Assembly (NCBI GenBank): GCA_004555865.1
Contig: SFJO01000002.1
Location: forward strand, 90,201 to 154,200
DNA: 64,000 nucleotides
Origin: Oscillospiraceae bacterium
GTDB taxonomy: Bacteria > Bacillota > Clostridia > Oscillospirales > Ruminococcaceae
Direction of reading: 5' to 3'
The notes under the pieces are model-generated. The model searched no databases. It had not been told where the DNA came from and saw nothing but the letters and a program-made list of their open reading frames with translations. Of the stretch, positions 1 through 8,791 are shown in pieces; position 1 is the stretch's first letter, and each line of letters begins with the position of its first letter. The position numbers and the translations under genes are program-made.

Positions 1-454
1 ACCGGCGCAGATACCCATCCAGCCCGTCGGCAAACTGGGCGGCCCGGAACGGTGCCCGGATGGTTTCGTCCCGGGTCGAATAGCTGTTGTACAGCACCAC
101 ATCCCGCCCATCCTTCAACTCACCGGCCAGCGCGGCCAGAAACTCCGGCCGCACCAGGTCGTCGCTGTCCACAAAGGCGAGCCATGCGCCCTCCGCCGCC
201 CGGATGGCCTGGTTGCGCGCGGCGGACTGGCCGCCGTTTTCCCGGTGCAGCACCCGCACCTGCCGGAAGGCCTTGGCGTATTCCTCGCAGACCGCCCCGC
301 TGCCGTCGGTGGAGCCATCGTCTGCCAGAAGCACTTCATAGGAAAAGCCGGCCGGGCAGGTTTGGTTCAGCAAGCCGTCCAGGCAGGGGCGCAGATAGGC
401 CATTACGTTATACACCGGAATAATAATACTCAGTGTAATTCCCGCGTGTTCCAT
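1..454 (-). CDS. Glycosyltransferase family 2 (N-terminal part only; gene runs off the left edge)
   Basis: Manual reverse translation from ATG at 452-454: MEHAGITLSIIIPVYNVMAYLRPCLDGLLNQT..LLADDGSTDGS..ENGGQSAARN..FVDSDD, the classic GT-A/GT2 N-terminus with DxD. AAAGGAG RBS lies just upstream. Absent from the ORF track because it is open at the edge. Confidence 0.8.
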   Translation of the reverse strand, partial: MEHAGITLSIIIPVYNVMAYLRPCLDGLLNQTCPAGFSYEVLLADDGSTDGSGAVCEEYAKAFRQVRVLHRENGGQSAARNQAIRAAEGAWLAFVDSDDLVRPEFLAALAGELKDGRDVVLYNSYSTRDETIRAPFRAAQFADGLDGYLRR

Positions 455-580
455 GAACCTGCTCCTTTTTGCGCAAATCTGCGTGTGTTTTCGGTCAATC
501 GCTGCGGATGTTCGGGCTTGCAGTTCTCCCTGCTGCGTTTTCCACCGTTTTTTGATGTTGCGTGGAAAACGCAGGCCCAA

Positions 581-1717
581 TTACAAGGCCTTCCGGTATT
601 CCGCCAGCATTCTGGCGGCAATGCGGTCCCACAAAAAGTCCCGCTCCACCGTTTCGTGGGCCGCTTTTCCCACCGTTTCCTGCCGCTGCGGGTCTGCGGC
701 CAATTCGGCAATCACACGGGCATAAGCCTTTGCGTCAAAGCCGCGCTGCACAAAGCCGTTGACCCCGTCCTGCACCAGCAGGTCCGAGCCGCCGTTCAGG
801 CTGGTGAGCACCGGCAGGCCAAAGTACATGGCCTCCAACAGCACCATGCCGAAAATCTCATAGCGGGTGGGCAGCACAAACAGGTTGGCCCGGTCGTACA
901 GTTCATGCACCTGGCTTTGGGGCACCCGCTCAGTGTAGTCGATCCGGTCCCACACGCCAAGCTCTTTGGCGTAGGCAAAGCATTCATCCCGGTAGGCCGC
1001 CTCGCCTTTTCCCACCAGCGTCAGGCGCAGGCCGGGCACGGTTTTGGCCGCCTCGGCCAGCACCTCGAACAAAAAGCGGATGTTCCGCCGCTCTTCCAGC
1101 ACGCCGATGTACAGCAGCTCAAAGTCCTCCCGGGCCGCAGCGGCCGGCCTGGCCGAAGGGTCATAGGCGGCCTTCAGCGTGTCCTTATCCAGGCCGACCC
1201 CCACCGGGATCACCCGCTCGAAGCCCTTTTTGCGCAGGAACTCGGCCGCCATGCGGCTTTTGGCAAACGCGGTCACCGCCCGGTTTTTACCGGGGCGATT
1301 GAACAGTGGGTCAAACACACGGCATTTCAGATTGTACCCCCGGGTGAAGTCGCTTCCGTAGGGGCCGTGGTACAAAAACACCGGTCGGCCGGGCTTTTGA
1401 TGGCGGTACAGCTGCCAGCTGGTCAGCTGGTCATACTCCGACACCTGCAGCACGTCGTACTGCCGGATTAGGTCGCCCAAGCCGGGAAAGATCGCATTTT
1501 TGAACAGATCGTACCCCTTGCGCCAGTGGATGATCACCGGGGTATCGCTGCCCGGGGTCTCCACCACCTGGTCATAGCTGGGGGACGAGGCGTTGTAGTA
1601 CACAATGTCGCATACGTGCCCTGCCCGGATGAAGGCCCGGGCCAGGCCGATCTCCTGGCTGTTGTAGCTGGCGGGGTTCATCACGCTGGCAAAGGTGCGC
1701 ACAAGCAGGATTTTCAT
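581..1717 (-). CDS. Glycosyltransferase family 1 (GT4-type, GT-B fold)
   Basis: 378-aa ORF with ATG start and GAGGAA RBS. The C-terminal half has the GT1/GT4 signature (LLYIGVLEERRNIRFL, VLPTRYEIFGMVLLEAMYFGLPVL). Confidence 0.85.
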   Translation of the reverse strand: MKILLVRTFASVMNPASYNSQEIGLARAFIRAGHVCDIVYYNASSPSYDQVVETPGSDTPVIIHWRKGYDLFKNAIFPGLGDLIRQYDVLQVSEYDQLTSWQLYRHQKPGRPVFLYHGPYGSDFTRGYNLKCRVFDPLFNRPGKNRAVTAFAKSRMAAEFLRKKGFERVIPVGVGLDKDTLKAAYDPSARPAAAAREDFELLYIGVLEERRNIRFLFEVLAEAAKTVPGLRLTLVGKGEAAYRDECFAYAKELGVWDRIDYTERVPQSQVHELYDRANLFVLPTRYEIFGMVLLEAMYFGLPVLTSLNGGSDLLVQDGVNGFVQRGFDAKAYARVIAELAADPQRQETVGKAAHETVERDFLWDRIAARMLAEYRKAL

Positions 1718-1726
1718 GGGAGTTCC

Positions 1727-2470
1727 TCACTTTTTGATGCAGTGCTTCAGGGCCAGATACCGCTCCCGCCCAAGCAGGCGGGCTGCCAGCCCGATGGCCC
1801 GAAAACGGGCCTTGCGCCACCAGGGCGACCAGGTGGCCGAAAAATGATGGATGGACCGGGTGTTCTCGGTTTTTACCACCATCTGGGTCTCATGTTCAAA
1901 GGGGCAGAAATACTCGCTGGGGTACAGCACAAAATTGCCCACCTGCTGCATCCGGTTGCCGCCGGTAAAGCCGTGGCGGCGCAGCATCTCGGTGGTGTAG
2001 GCCACAATGGTTTTGGTGTTCAGGCTGCCATCCTCCTGCACAAAGTGCAGCTTTGCATAGTCCTCCAGCAGCTCGCCCAGCAGCTCATCCCCCGGCAGGG
2101 CCGAGATGATGGAGCCGGGGTTGATGGTGTCCCGCAGCTCAAAGCCCATCAGATAGGGCGTCTCATCCAGCAGGTCGTCCACCGGGCGCAGCAGCTCCAC
2201 GTCGGTGCACAGGCACACCCCGCCGAAGTGATACAGAATCCAAAAGCGGGCATAATCCGCCACAAAGGCATATTTCTTCGCCCCGTAGGCCTCCGCCGTG
2301 TAGGGGATGCTCTCCACGTCGAAGTTGTCCTCATTCCACTCCCGAATTTCCCACCCGGGCATTTTTTCCCGCCAGGTGGCAATGCACCGCTGAATGAGCG
2401 GGGATTTTTCTCCCCGGCCGAACCAGCAGTAGTGAATGACCTTGGGCAGGCCCTTTGCAGTGTATTCCAT
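1727..2470 (-). CDS. Glycosyltransferase with DXD sugar-binding region (Caps_synth / Gly_transf_sug, GT32-like)
   Basis: 247-aa ORF. IHYCWFGRGEKSPLIQRCIATWREKMPGWEIREWNEDNF and FVADYARFWILYHFGGVCLCTDVE are typical of capsular-polysaccharide GT32-like enzymes. AAGGGAG RBS. Confidence 0.75.
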   Translation of the reverse strand: MEYTAKGLPKVIHYCWFGRGEKSPLIQRCIATWREKMPGWEIREWNEDNFDVESIPYTAEAYGAKKYAFVADYARFWILYHFGGVCLCTDVELLRPVDDLLDETPYLMGFELRDTINPGSIISALPGDELLGELLEDYAKLHFVQEDGSLNTKTIVAYTTEMLRRHGFTGGNRMQQVGNFVLYPSEYFCPFEHETQMVVKTENTRSIHHFSATWSPWWRKARFRAIGLAARLLGRERYLALKHCIKK

Positions 2471-2512
2471 GGGGCAAGCTCCCTTTCTGTTTGGTTGATG
2501 GACAAAGCCGGC

Positions 2513-3616
2513 TCAGCGCCGCCGGGCCGCTGCCCGCTGATACAGCGCCAGCGTATCCCGGGCGTTCTTCTCCCAGGAATAATTCTGCCGGATGTACTCC
2601 GCCTGGGCCTCGCCCGCCGGGGGCGGGGCCTGCAAAGCCCGGTTCAGGGCCTCGGCCAGGGCAGCCGGGTCGCCGTGGGCAAAGCTGGCCCCGAACTTCT
2701 CCAACAGCTGGGTGTTTTCGGGGATGTCGCTCACCAGGCAGGGGGTGCCGTAGCTCATGGCCTCCAGCAGGCTGATGGGCATCCCCTCCAGGTCGCTGGG
2801 CAGCACATACAGGGCCGCGTTCGTAAACAGCTCGTCCTTCTCCGCCCCGCGCACAAAGCCGGTGCGCACGGTGCGCGCGTCCTCGTCGGCTTTTTGGCAC
2901 ATTTCTTCATAATAGCCGCCGGAATGGCTGTCGCCCCCGGCGATCACCAGCTTTTTGCCGGTGTGCAGGCTGCGAAAGGCTTCCAGCAGGTAATGCAGAC
3001 CCTTTTCGGGCACGATGCGGGCCAAAAACAGCACATAGCCGTTTGGCTCAAGGCCGTATTTTTCCCGAATGATCCCGGCCGGGCGGCGGGTCGGTTCCGC
3101 CACGCCGTTGGGAATGAGGGTGGTCTCACGGCCGTAGGTCTCGCGGAAATACCGCTGCACGTTCTCGCTGAGCACGATGACCTCATCGGCGTACCGGGCA
3201 ATGACCTTCTCCCCCAGCTTCAGGTACCAGGTTCCGAAGCCGCCCCACTTGGCCCGCTGCCAGTCCAGCCCATGGACGGTGGCCACCGTGCGCTTCCCCA
3301 GAAAATGCGGCAGCGCCAGCATCACGCTGGGCCCCAGGGCGTGGTAGTGGATCACATCGTATCCGCCGAACAGGGCGTGCAGGGTGGCCAGAAACGAATA
3401 GATCACCGCGTCCAGGCTTTTTTTGTTGACGGTGGGCACCGTGACAATCCGTGCCCCGGCGTACTCGCTGCATTTGGGGGTGCCCTTTGCGGCCCGGTTG
3501 TACAGGGTAACGGTGTGGCCCATGGCGGTCAGCTGGCCCGTCAGCTCTTCCACCACTACTTCCACGCCGCCTTCCCGGCCGGGCACCCGCTTGTGGCCGA
3601 TCATGGCGATGTTCAT
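2513..3616 (-). CDS. Glycosyltransferase family 1 (GT4-type)
   Basis: ORF 2513..3622 begins with TTG. I prefer the ATG at 3616 (MNIAMIGHKRVPGREGGVEVVV), which sits 7 nt after AAAGGAGA. GT4 motifs LFLARIVPEKGLHYL and VLPSDLEGMPISLLEAMSYGTPCL are present. Confidence 0.85.
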   Translation of the reverse strand: MNIAMIGHKRVPGREGGVEVVVEELTGQLTAMGHTVTLYNRAAKGTPKCSEYAGARIVTVPTVNKKSLDAVIYSFLATLHALFGGYDVIHYHALGPSVMLALPHFLGKRTVATVHGLDWQRAKWGGFGTWYLKLGEKVIARYADEVIVLSENVQRYFRETYGRETTLIPNGVAEPTRRPAGIIREKYGLEPNGYVLFLARIVPEKGLHYLLEAFRSLHTGKKLVIAGGDSHSGGYYEEMCQKADEDARTVRTGFVRGAEKDELFTNAALYVLPSDLEGMPISLLEAMSYGTPCLVSDIPENTQLLEKFGASFAHGDPAALAEALNRALQAPPPAGEAQAEYIRQNYSWEKNARDTLALYQRAAARRR

Positions 3617-3638
3617 GAACAAGTCTCCTTTTATCGGG

Positions 3639-4658
3639 TCACTTCTTCTGCGCTTCGGGAATGAAGGCGTTCTCGCTCAGGCTGTATTTGCCGCCCTTGA
3701 GGAACTTGTGCTTCACCACCCACCAGCCGGGCACCCAGATGTACTTGTGCATGGCCGGGGACACGCTGCCGATCATCCAGCAGTTGCGGTCGCACTGCTT
3801 GGTCTGGGCGCGCACGGTTTTGGCCTGCTCGCTGTTCCACAGGGTATCCCAGTCCGGGCTTTCCTTCAAGTTTCCCATCACGGCCTTTTTTGCCATGCCG
3901 TTGCAGGGAATCACGTCGCAGAAGGGGTCGATGAAGAAGGCATCCTTGGACATATCGCAGGGCAGCAGCCGCTTGTTGCCGTAGATGTAGTTGATGAGGC
4001 CATGGTTGAAGTAGGCCCGGAACCACTTTTTGGGGCTTTTGCTCTGCAGCAGCTCGTTGATGAGGGCCTCAAAATTCTGGGCCACATGGTATTTGTCGTC
4101 GATCCTGTTGTCGGTCTTGCGGAAGTAGAAGCTGTTGTGCAGGGTGGCCGTGGCAAATTCCATGCCCATCTCATCGCTGAGCTTGTACAGCGGCACCAGG
4201 TCCTCACAGTTCATGTCCTGCACGGTCATGCCAAAGCCCACGTCCGGGTGGCCCATCTCCACCAGCGTTTTCAGGGTCTCATAGCCCCGGTTCCAGCCAT
4301 CGGGAATGCGGCGGATGGCATCGTTGGTGGCCTGCATTCCCTCGATGCTGATGCGGATGCCGATCTTGGGGAACTGCTTGCACAGGGCGATGATCCGGTC
4401 GGTGAAGTAGCCGTTGGTAGAGATGACGATGCGGTCGGTTTTTTTATACAGCTCTTCCACAATCTCCGGCAGGTCGCGGCGGATAAAAGGCTCGCCGCCG
4501 GTGATGTTGGTGAAGGCCATTTCCGGCAGCTTCTTGATGGTATCCATCTGGATCTCTTCCTCCGGGCGGGAGGGGTCGCGCCAGCAGTCGCACATATTGC
4601 ACTTGGCGTTGCAGCGGTAGGTAACAATCACTGTGCCATACAGGGTCCGTCTTGCCAT
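3639..4658 (-). CDS. Radical SAM protein with SPASM/twitch-like C-terminal Cys cluster
   Basis: CNAKCNMCDC (CxxxCxxC) lies near the N-terminus, with GGEPF shortly after. C-terminal cysteines are LLPCDMSKDAFFIDPFCDVIPCNG..CDRNCW. The start is uncertain: ATG 4658 is preferred, ATG 4670 is the alternative, and the maximal ORF reaches 4736. Confidence 0.8.
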   Translation of the reverse strand: MARRTLYGTVIVTYRCNAKCNMCDCWRDPSRPEEEIQMDTIKKLPEMAFTNITGGEPFIRRDLPEIVEELYKKTDRIVISTNGYFTDRIIALCKQFPKIGIRISIEGMQATNDAIRRIPDGWNRGYETLKTLVEMGHPDVGFGMTVQDMNCEDLVPLYKLSDEMGMEFATATLHNSFYFRKTDNRIDDKYHVAQNFEALINELLQSKSPKKWFRAYFNHGLINYIYGNKRLLPCDMSKDAFFIDPFCDVIPCNGMAKKAVMGNLKESPDWDTLWNSEQAKTVRAQTKQCDRNCWMIGSVSPAMHKYIWVPGWWVVKHKFLKGGKYSLSENAFIPEAQKK

Positions 4659-4802
4659 AAACTGATCCATCCTTTCAAAAGGGCACCGGGCAGTGCCCGC
4701 CATGCACCTGCCGCAAGCAATGCGGTTTCTCCGCAATTGTTCGCTTCAGCGCGCATTCTGTCAATACAATTCGTATTTAATCGTGTCAAAATACTTTTCG
4801 TT

Positions 4803-6038
4803 TTATTGTTTTCCAGTCAGCCGTTCATAAATGGGCAGCAGCTGGGCCAGATAGGCCTCCTCGCTGAAGGTCTCGGCGGCAAACGCGGCCGCGCTGCGGC
4901 AAAGGGCCTGATAGCCCTCCTCCGTCAGCCCATACAGCCGCCCGATGGCCGCCGCCAGGTCCTCGGCGTCGCCGGGGCGGAACAAAAAGCCGGTCTGACC
5001 CTCCTGCACCATTTCGGGAATGCCTCCGATCCGGCTGCCCAGCACCGGCTTGCCGACCGCCAACGCTTCCATCACCGAATAGGGGCCGTTCTCATACCAC
5101 TCGCTGGGCAGCACCACAGCCCGGCAGGCATTCAGCCGCTCGGTCAGCGGCTGGCCGGTCAAAAAGCCCAGGAACTTCACCCGGTCGCCCAAGCCCAAAT
5201 CGCGCACCTGCTGTTCCAGCTCGGCCCGCTGGGGGCCTTCCCCGGCAATTTCCAGGCAGGCATCCGGGCAGGCGGCCAGGGCGTTCAGCAGGGTGGGCAA
5301 CCCCTTCTCCGGAGTCAAGCGGCCCAGATAGAGGAGCTTTGCCTGCGCCTTGCAGGGCACCGGCGCAAACACCGTCCCGCCGGGCAGAAAGTTGGGAATA
5401 TGCCGGATGGGCGCTTTGGTAAAGCCGGCCCTTTGCAGCAGGTCGCGGTAAAAGCCCGACGGCGTAATGTAGCAGTCGATTTTGTTGTAGCTGCCCCGCA
5501 TCCGGTACAGCACCGCCTCGGCCGCGGCCAGCAGGCTTTTGGCCCGGCTGCCCTTCACGCAGCGCTTTTTCACGCAGGGGGCAAAGTTCCCCTTCAGGCA
5601 GTCCTCGCAGATGCCGTCCGGTGCCAGGCAGGTATAGTTGGGGCACACGCAGATCAGATCGTGCTGGGTGAACACCACCGGAACCCCGGCGGCCTTCGCC
5701 GCATCCACCACCGAGAGGGTGATCTGCCGGTGCACCAGGTTCAGGTGGACCACATCCGGCTTTTCCGCGGCCAGCAGGGCGGCGAACTTCTGCTTTGCCT
5801 CGTGGGAATACAGCAGCTTCAGGCCGCTTTTCAGCTGAGCCGCCGCCCCTTGCGGACCATTATACTCCACATTTGTGACAAAATATTGCGCCTGCTCACA
5901 GGGCAGATTTTTTTTGCTGTCCATTGCAAAAAAGATCACCTGATGACCGGCCCGACGCAGCGCCTCCGCCAGCGCAAAATAGTACGTTTCCGACCCACCC
6001 TTGCGGTAGTGGAATTTATTCACCAGCAGGATCTTCAT
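4803..6038 (-). CDS. Glycosyltransferase family 1 (GT4-type)
   Basis: ORF 4803..6164 trimmed to ATG 6038 (MKILLVNKFHYRKGGSETYYF), which is preceded by GGAAGGA. GT4 motifs LLYLGRLTPEKGL and VLPSEWYENGPYSVMEALAVGKPVL are present. Confidence 0.85.
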   Translation of the reverse strand: MKILLVNKFHYRKGGSETYYFALAEALRRAGHQVIFFAMDSKKNLPCEQAQYFVTNVEYNGPQGAAAQLKSGLKLLYSHEAKQKFAALLAAEKPDVVHLNLVHRQITLSVVDAAKAAGVPVVFTQHDLICVCPNYTCLAPDGICEDCLKGNFAPCVKKRCVKGSRAKSLLAAAEAVLYRMRGSYNKIDCYITPSGFYRDLLQRAGFTKAPIRHIPNFLPGGTVFAPVPCKAQAKLLYLGRLTPEKGLPTLLNALAACPDACLEIAGEGPQRAELEQQVRDLGLGDRVKFLGFLTGQPLTERLNACRAVVLPSEWYENGPYSVMEALAVGKPVLGSRIGGIPEMVQEGQTGFLFRPGDAEDLAAAIGRLYGLTEEGYQALCRSAAAFAAETFSEEAYLAQLLPIYERLTGKQ

Positions 6039-6152
6039 ACAAGCCGTCCTTCCGGGATGGTTTCCCTTGTTCTCCATGCCTTTGCCGCTTCCGGCTCCGG
6101 CTGTGCGGGGCGGCCCCGGGTTCCGGCTGCTGCCCATACCAATACAGAGTAT

Positions 6153-6181
6153 AGTATACACCAAATCGACGCTCTACGCAA
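6153..6181 (-). promoter_or_regulatory. Candidate sigma70 promoter for the glycosyltransferase operon
   Basis: Minus strand reads TTGCGT-17 nt-TATACT, about 110 nt upstream of the ATG at 6038. Confidence 0.35.
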
Positions 6182-6464
6182 TGAAAAGCATCCCGCGGCC
6201 GCGCTCCGCCGGGCACCGGGCAGCCCACGGCGGGCCGCCCGCGCAGGGCTGTTTTCGTTCCCGGCCGGCGGGGCTTCTGCGGGGCCGCTTCTTTTTGTGG
6301 GATAAGGCCGAAAGGGCCGCCATTTGCATCCTTTTGGGGAATATTTGATCTTTTTATTACGCTTTGTATTTTTGCTCTGTGTTTTTACGGTGTGAATCCA
6401 ACGTGCCGAGACGTGCCGCACCGTCATGCCCTGGCGAAGTCCCGGGGCTCTTTTTGTGAAAACG

Positions 6465-6512
6465 CTCAAAAATAAACGGACAGGCCGCTTTTGCATTGCG
6501 TGCTTGTCCGTT
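6465..6512 (-). terminator. Intrinsic terminator downstream of the priming transferase gene
   Basis: Minus strand has AACGGACAAG..CCTGTCCGTT stem followed by TATTTTTGAG, about 90 nt after the stop at 6603. Confidence 0.5.
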
Positions 6513-6602
6513 CGCGTTGTTTTTTCGATTGTTTTCTGCGGTGCGTCCCACCCAGGCGGGCACCGCGTGTTCCGGTGCTTCCGGCAGCCGGGCCGTATTC
6601 GC

Positions 6603-8015
6603 TCAATAAGCGCCGTCCCCCCGCAGCACCACGCCCACGGTGCGGGCAATGATGCGCAGGTCGGTCCAAAGGCCCTGCTCCTCAATGTATTTCAGGTCCA
6701 GGCGCATCCACTCATCAAAGCTCAGGTTGCTTCGGCCGCTCACCTGCCAATAGCAGGTCAGGCCGGGGCGAACGGCCAAACGGCCCCAGTCCCAGTCGCT
6801 GTACTGAGCCACCTCTTTGGGCAGCGGCGGGCGTGGGCCGACGATGCTCATGTCGCCCTTCAGAATGTTCACCAGCTGGGGCAGCTCGTCAATGCTGGTT
6901 TTGCGCAGCCAGCGGCCCACCGGGGTAATGCGGGGGTCGTTGGTCATCTTGAACACCGGCCCGTCCACCTCGTTCTGATCCTGCAATTCGGCCAGCCGCT
7001 CCTCCGCATCCTGATACATGCTGCGGAACTTGTACATATAGAATTCTTTGCCGTTCTTGCCGGTGCGCTTCTGCTTAAAGATCACCGGGCCGGGGCTGGT
7101 GGCCTTCACGGCAATGGCGGCCCCCAGCATCAGCGGCGAGGTGAGCACCAGCCCTACCCCGCTTCCCACCAGATCCATCAGCCGCTTGGTGGCCGCCCAC
7201 AGGGGGCCTTTGTCCGGTGCGCGGCGCACATTGATCATCTTCAGGTCCGCCACCGTTTCCACATGGGGGCTGGCCGGAATGAAATCGTTGTAGGAGGGAA
7301 TGATGGAGATTTTCGCGCTGTATCGGCCGCTGGCGGCCACCAGGTCGCCGATGCAGTCCGCCTGCCGGGCCGGCAGCGCCACCACCACTTCCTCGATTTT
7401 TTCCTTCTGCAGCACCTGTCGGAACTGGGCTACCGGGCCGCGCCAGGCGCCCATGTCCGCCACCTGCTCGTCCGACACATAACCCCGGTAGTTGTAGCCG
7501 GTGTAAGGCCGGGCTTTCAGTTCTTCATAATAGCGATGGGCCAGCGGGCCGCTGCCCACCAGCAGCACCGCCCGGGTGTTGTGGCCTTGGGTGCGCACAA
7601 CCCGCAGCAGGGCGCGCAGCACCGCGCGCTTGCCTACCAGACCAACCACGGAGAACAGCAGCAGAAAAGCAACCTGCCAGCGGGCAAAGTCACCCATTTT
7701 CAAGAAATACAGCACAAAGCCCAGGGCTACCACGCCGAAGCCGTTGGCCATGGCCAGGCTCACCGTCTCCTTCCAGAAACTTCGGAAGCGGTAGCTGCCG
7801 TACATATTCAGGAAAACCAGCACCCCCACCATCAGGGTACTGTACACCAGCGCCATGGGGATGTAATGGTCCTCCAGCAGCAGCGCCGGGTTGGTAATGC
7901 CGAACATCAGGCCCTGCCGGATGTACACCGAGAGCAGATAGCTCACCACCAGCACACACCAATCCAGGGCGGCGTTGATGAAATTGAACAATTTCTGGTG
8001 TCCGGTCGTCTGCAT
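6603..8015 (-). CDS. Polyprenyl-phosphate sugar-phosphate transferase (WbaP/EpsE-type priming glycosyltransferase)
   Basis: 470 aa with an N-terminal multi-TM region followed by a Bac_transf domain (VIFKQKRTGKNGKEFYMYKFRSMY, DELPQLVNILKGDMSIVGPRPPLP, LTCYWQVSGRS). AAAGGAG RBS. Confidence 0.9.
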   Translation of the reverse strand: MQTTGHQKLFNFINAALDWCVLVVSYLLSVYIRQGLMFGITNPALLLEDHYIPMALVYSTLMVGVLVFLNMYGSYRFRSFWKETVSLAMANGFGVVALGFVLYFLKMGDFARWQVAFLLLFSVVGLVGKRAVLRALLRVVRTQGHNTRAVLLVGSGPLAHRYYEELKARPYTGYNYRGYVSDEQVADMGAWRGPVAQFRQVLQKEKIEEVVVALPARQADCIGDLVAASGRYSAKISIIPSYNDFIPASPHVETVADLKMINVRRAPDKGPLWAATKRLMDLVGSGVGLVLTSPLMLGAAIAVKATSPGPVIFKQKRTGKNGKEFYMYKFRSMYQDAEERLAELQDQNEVDGPVFKMTNDPRITPVGRWLRKTSIDELPQLVNILKGDMSIVGPRPPLPKEVAQYSDWDWGRLAVRPGLTCYWQVSGRSNLSFDEWMRLDLKYIEEQGLWTDLRIIARTVGVVLRGDGAY

Positions 8016-8125
8016 GTTCTTGCTCCTTTATGGGCGGCGCTTTTGTGTGGTTCCCAAAGCGGCCCTGTGTTTTCTGCACGGACGTCCCTGCCAACCCGTT
8101 TCCAGGGGCTTTGGGGCGGCGCGGT

Positions 8126-8515
8126 TTATTCCACGGTGGTGATGTCCTTCTCCAGATCCACCAGCCAGCAGCACACCGCCGGGTCGGCCGAGAGCTGGGC
8201 CTGTTTGGTCATGGCCTCGTCCTCGTCCTCAAACCAAAGCAGGAAGAAAAAGCCCTCGTCCGGCTTGCCGTAATACAGCCAGGTGCCGTCGGCGTGCATT
8301 CCATCTTCCAGATGATCCAGGTCCAGTTCGTCCTGAAGGGCCGTGCCCTCCTCGCAGTACACAGTTTCCGGCTCCACCTGCATGGAGGCAATGGCCCGCA
8401 GCGAGCAGTCCAGATATTCCCGCCGGGTCAGGCCCTCACTGTCCGCCCGGCCGTAGCCGGAAAGAAATGCGCTGACCAGCAGGTCCCGCAGCTCGATCAT
8501 CTTCATTTCGCTCAT
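8126..8515 (-). CDS. Hypothetical acidic protein (129 aa)
   Basis: ORF trimmed to ATG 8515 (MSEMKMIELRDLL), preceded by GGGGGAGA. Protein-like composition with a D/E-rich C-terminal half. No family recognised. Confidence 0.5.
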   Translation of the reverse strand: MSEMKMIELRDLLVSAFLSGYGRADSEGLTRREYLDCSLRAIASMQVEPETVYCEEGTALQDELDLDHLEDGMHADGTWLYYGKPDEGFFFLLWFEDEDEAMTKQAQLSADPAVCCWLVDLEKDITTVE

Positions 8516-8609
8516 AGGTTCTCCCCCGCCGCACACAGCCCGCTCGGTTCGCGGCGGTGTGCGTTTCTATCCTGCAAAGTTGCTGTTTTTTATGATTTGT
8601 ATCGAAAAC

Positions 8610-8638
8610 ATTGTACCACGTTCCGCCGCTTCTGTACA
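8610..8638 (-). promoter_or_regulatory. Candidate extended -10 promoter for the 129-aa ORF
   Basis: Minus strand reads TGTACA-17 nt-TACAAT with TGG immediately upstream of the -10 (TGGTACAAT). Confidence 0.35.
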
Positions 8639-8685
8639 GCGGCAGACCGCGATGCCCCGCCGCTAAAATAGGCTCCTGCAAAACG

Positions 8686-8718
8686 AAAAAACGCCCCCGC
8701 CTTTGCAGACGGGGGCGC
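8686..8718 (-). terminator. Intrinsic terminator of the butyryl-CoA operon
   Basis: Minus strand has CGCCCCCG-loop-CGGGGGCG stem followed by TTTTTTCGTTTTG, about 75 nt after the etfA stop. Confidence 0.65.
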
Positions 8719-8791
8719 AAAGCCTGTCCGAGGACAAGCCTAAAAAATCAGAGGAACACGGGTTGCTCCGCAGAGCAGATCAGCAATTCGC

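Noticed and set aside
1526-6305. Very long plus-strand ORFs (1526..3664, 3423..6305) antisense to the glycosyltransferase genes. Equivalents elsewhere are 6426..8273, 16035..17507, 23132..26107, 31038..34127, 34124..36103, 40892..42025, 43823..44941, 56107..58035 and 60245..62380.
   Set aside because: These are shadow ORFs typical of high-GC DNA. Their translations are low-complexity (Gly/Ala/Arg/Pro/His/Gln-rich) with no motifs or RBS. The opposite strand encodes unmistakable conserved proteins.
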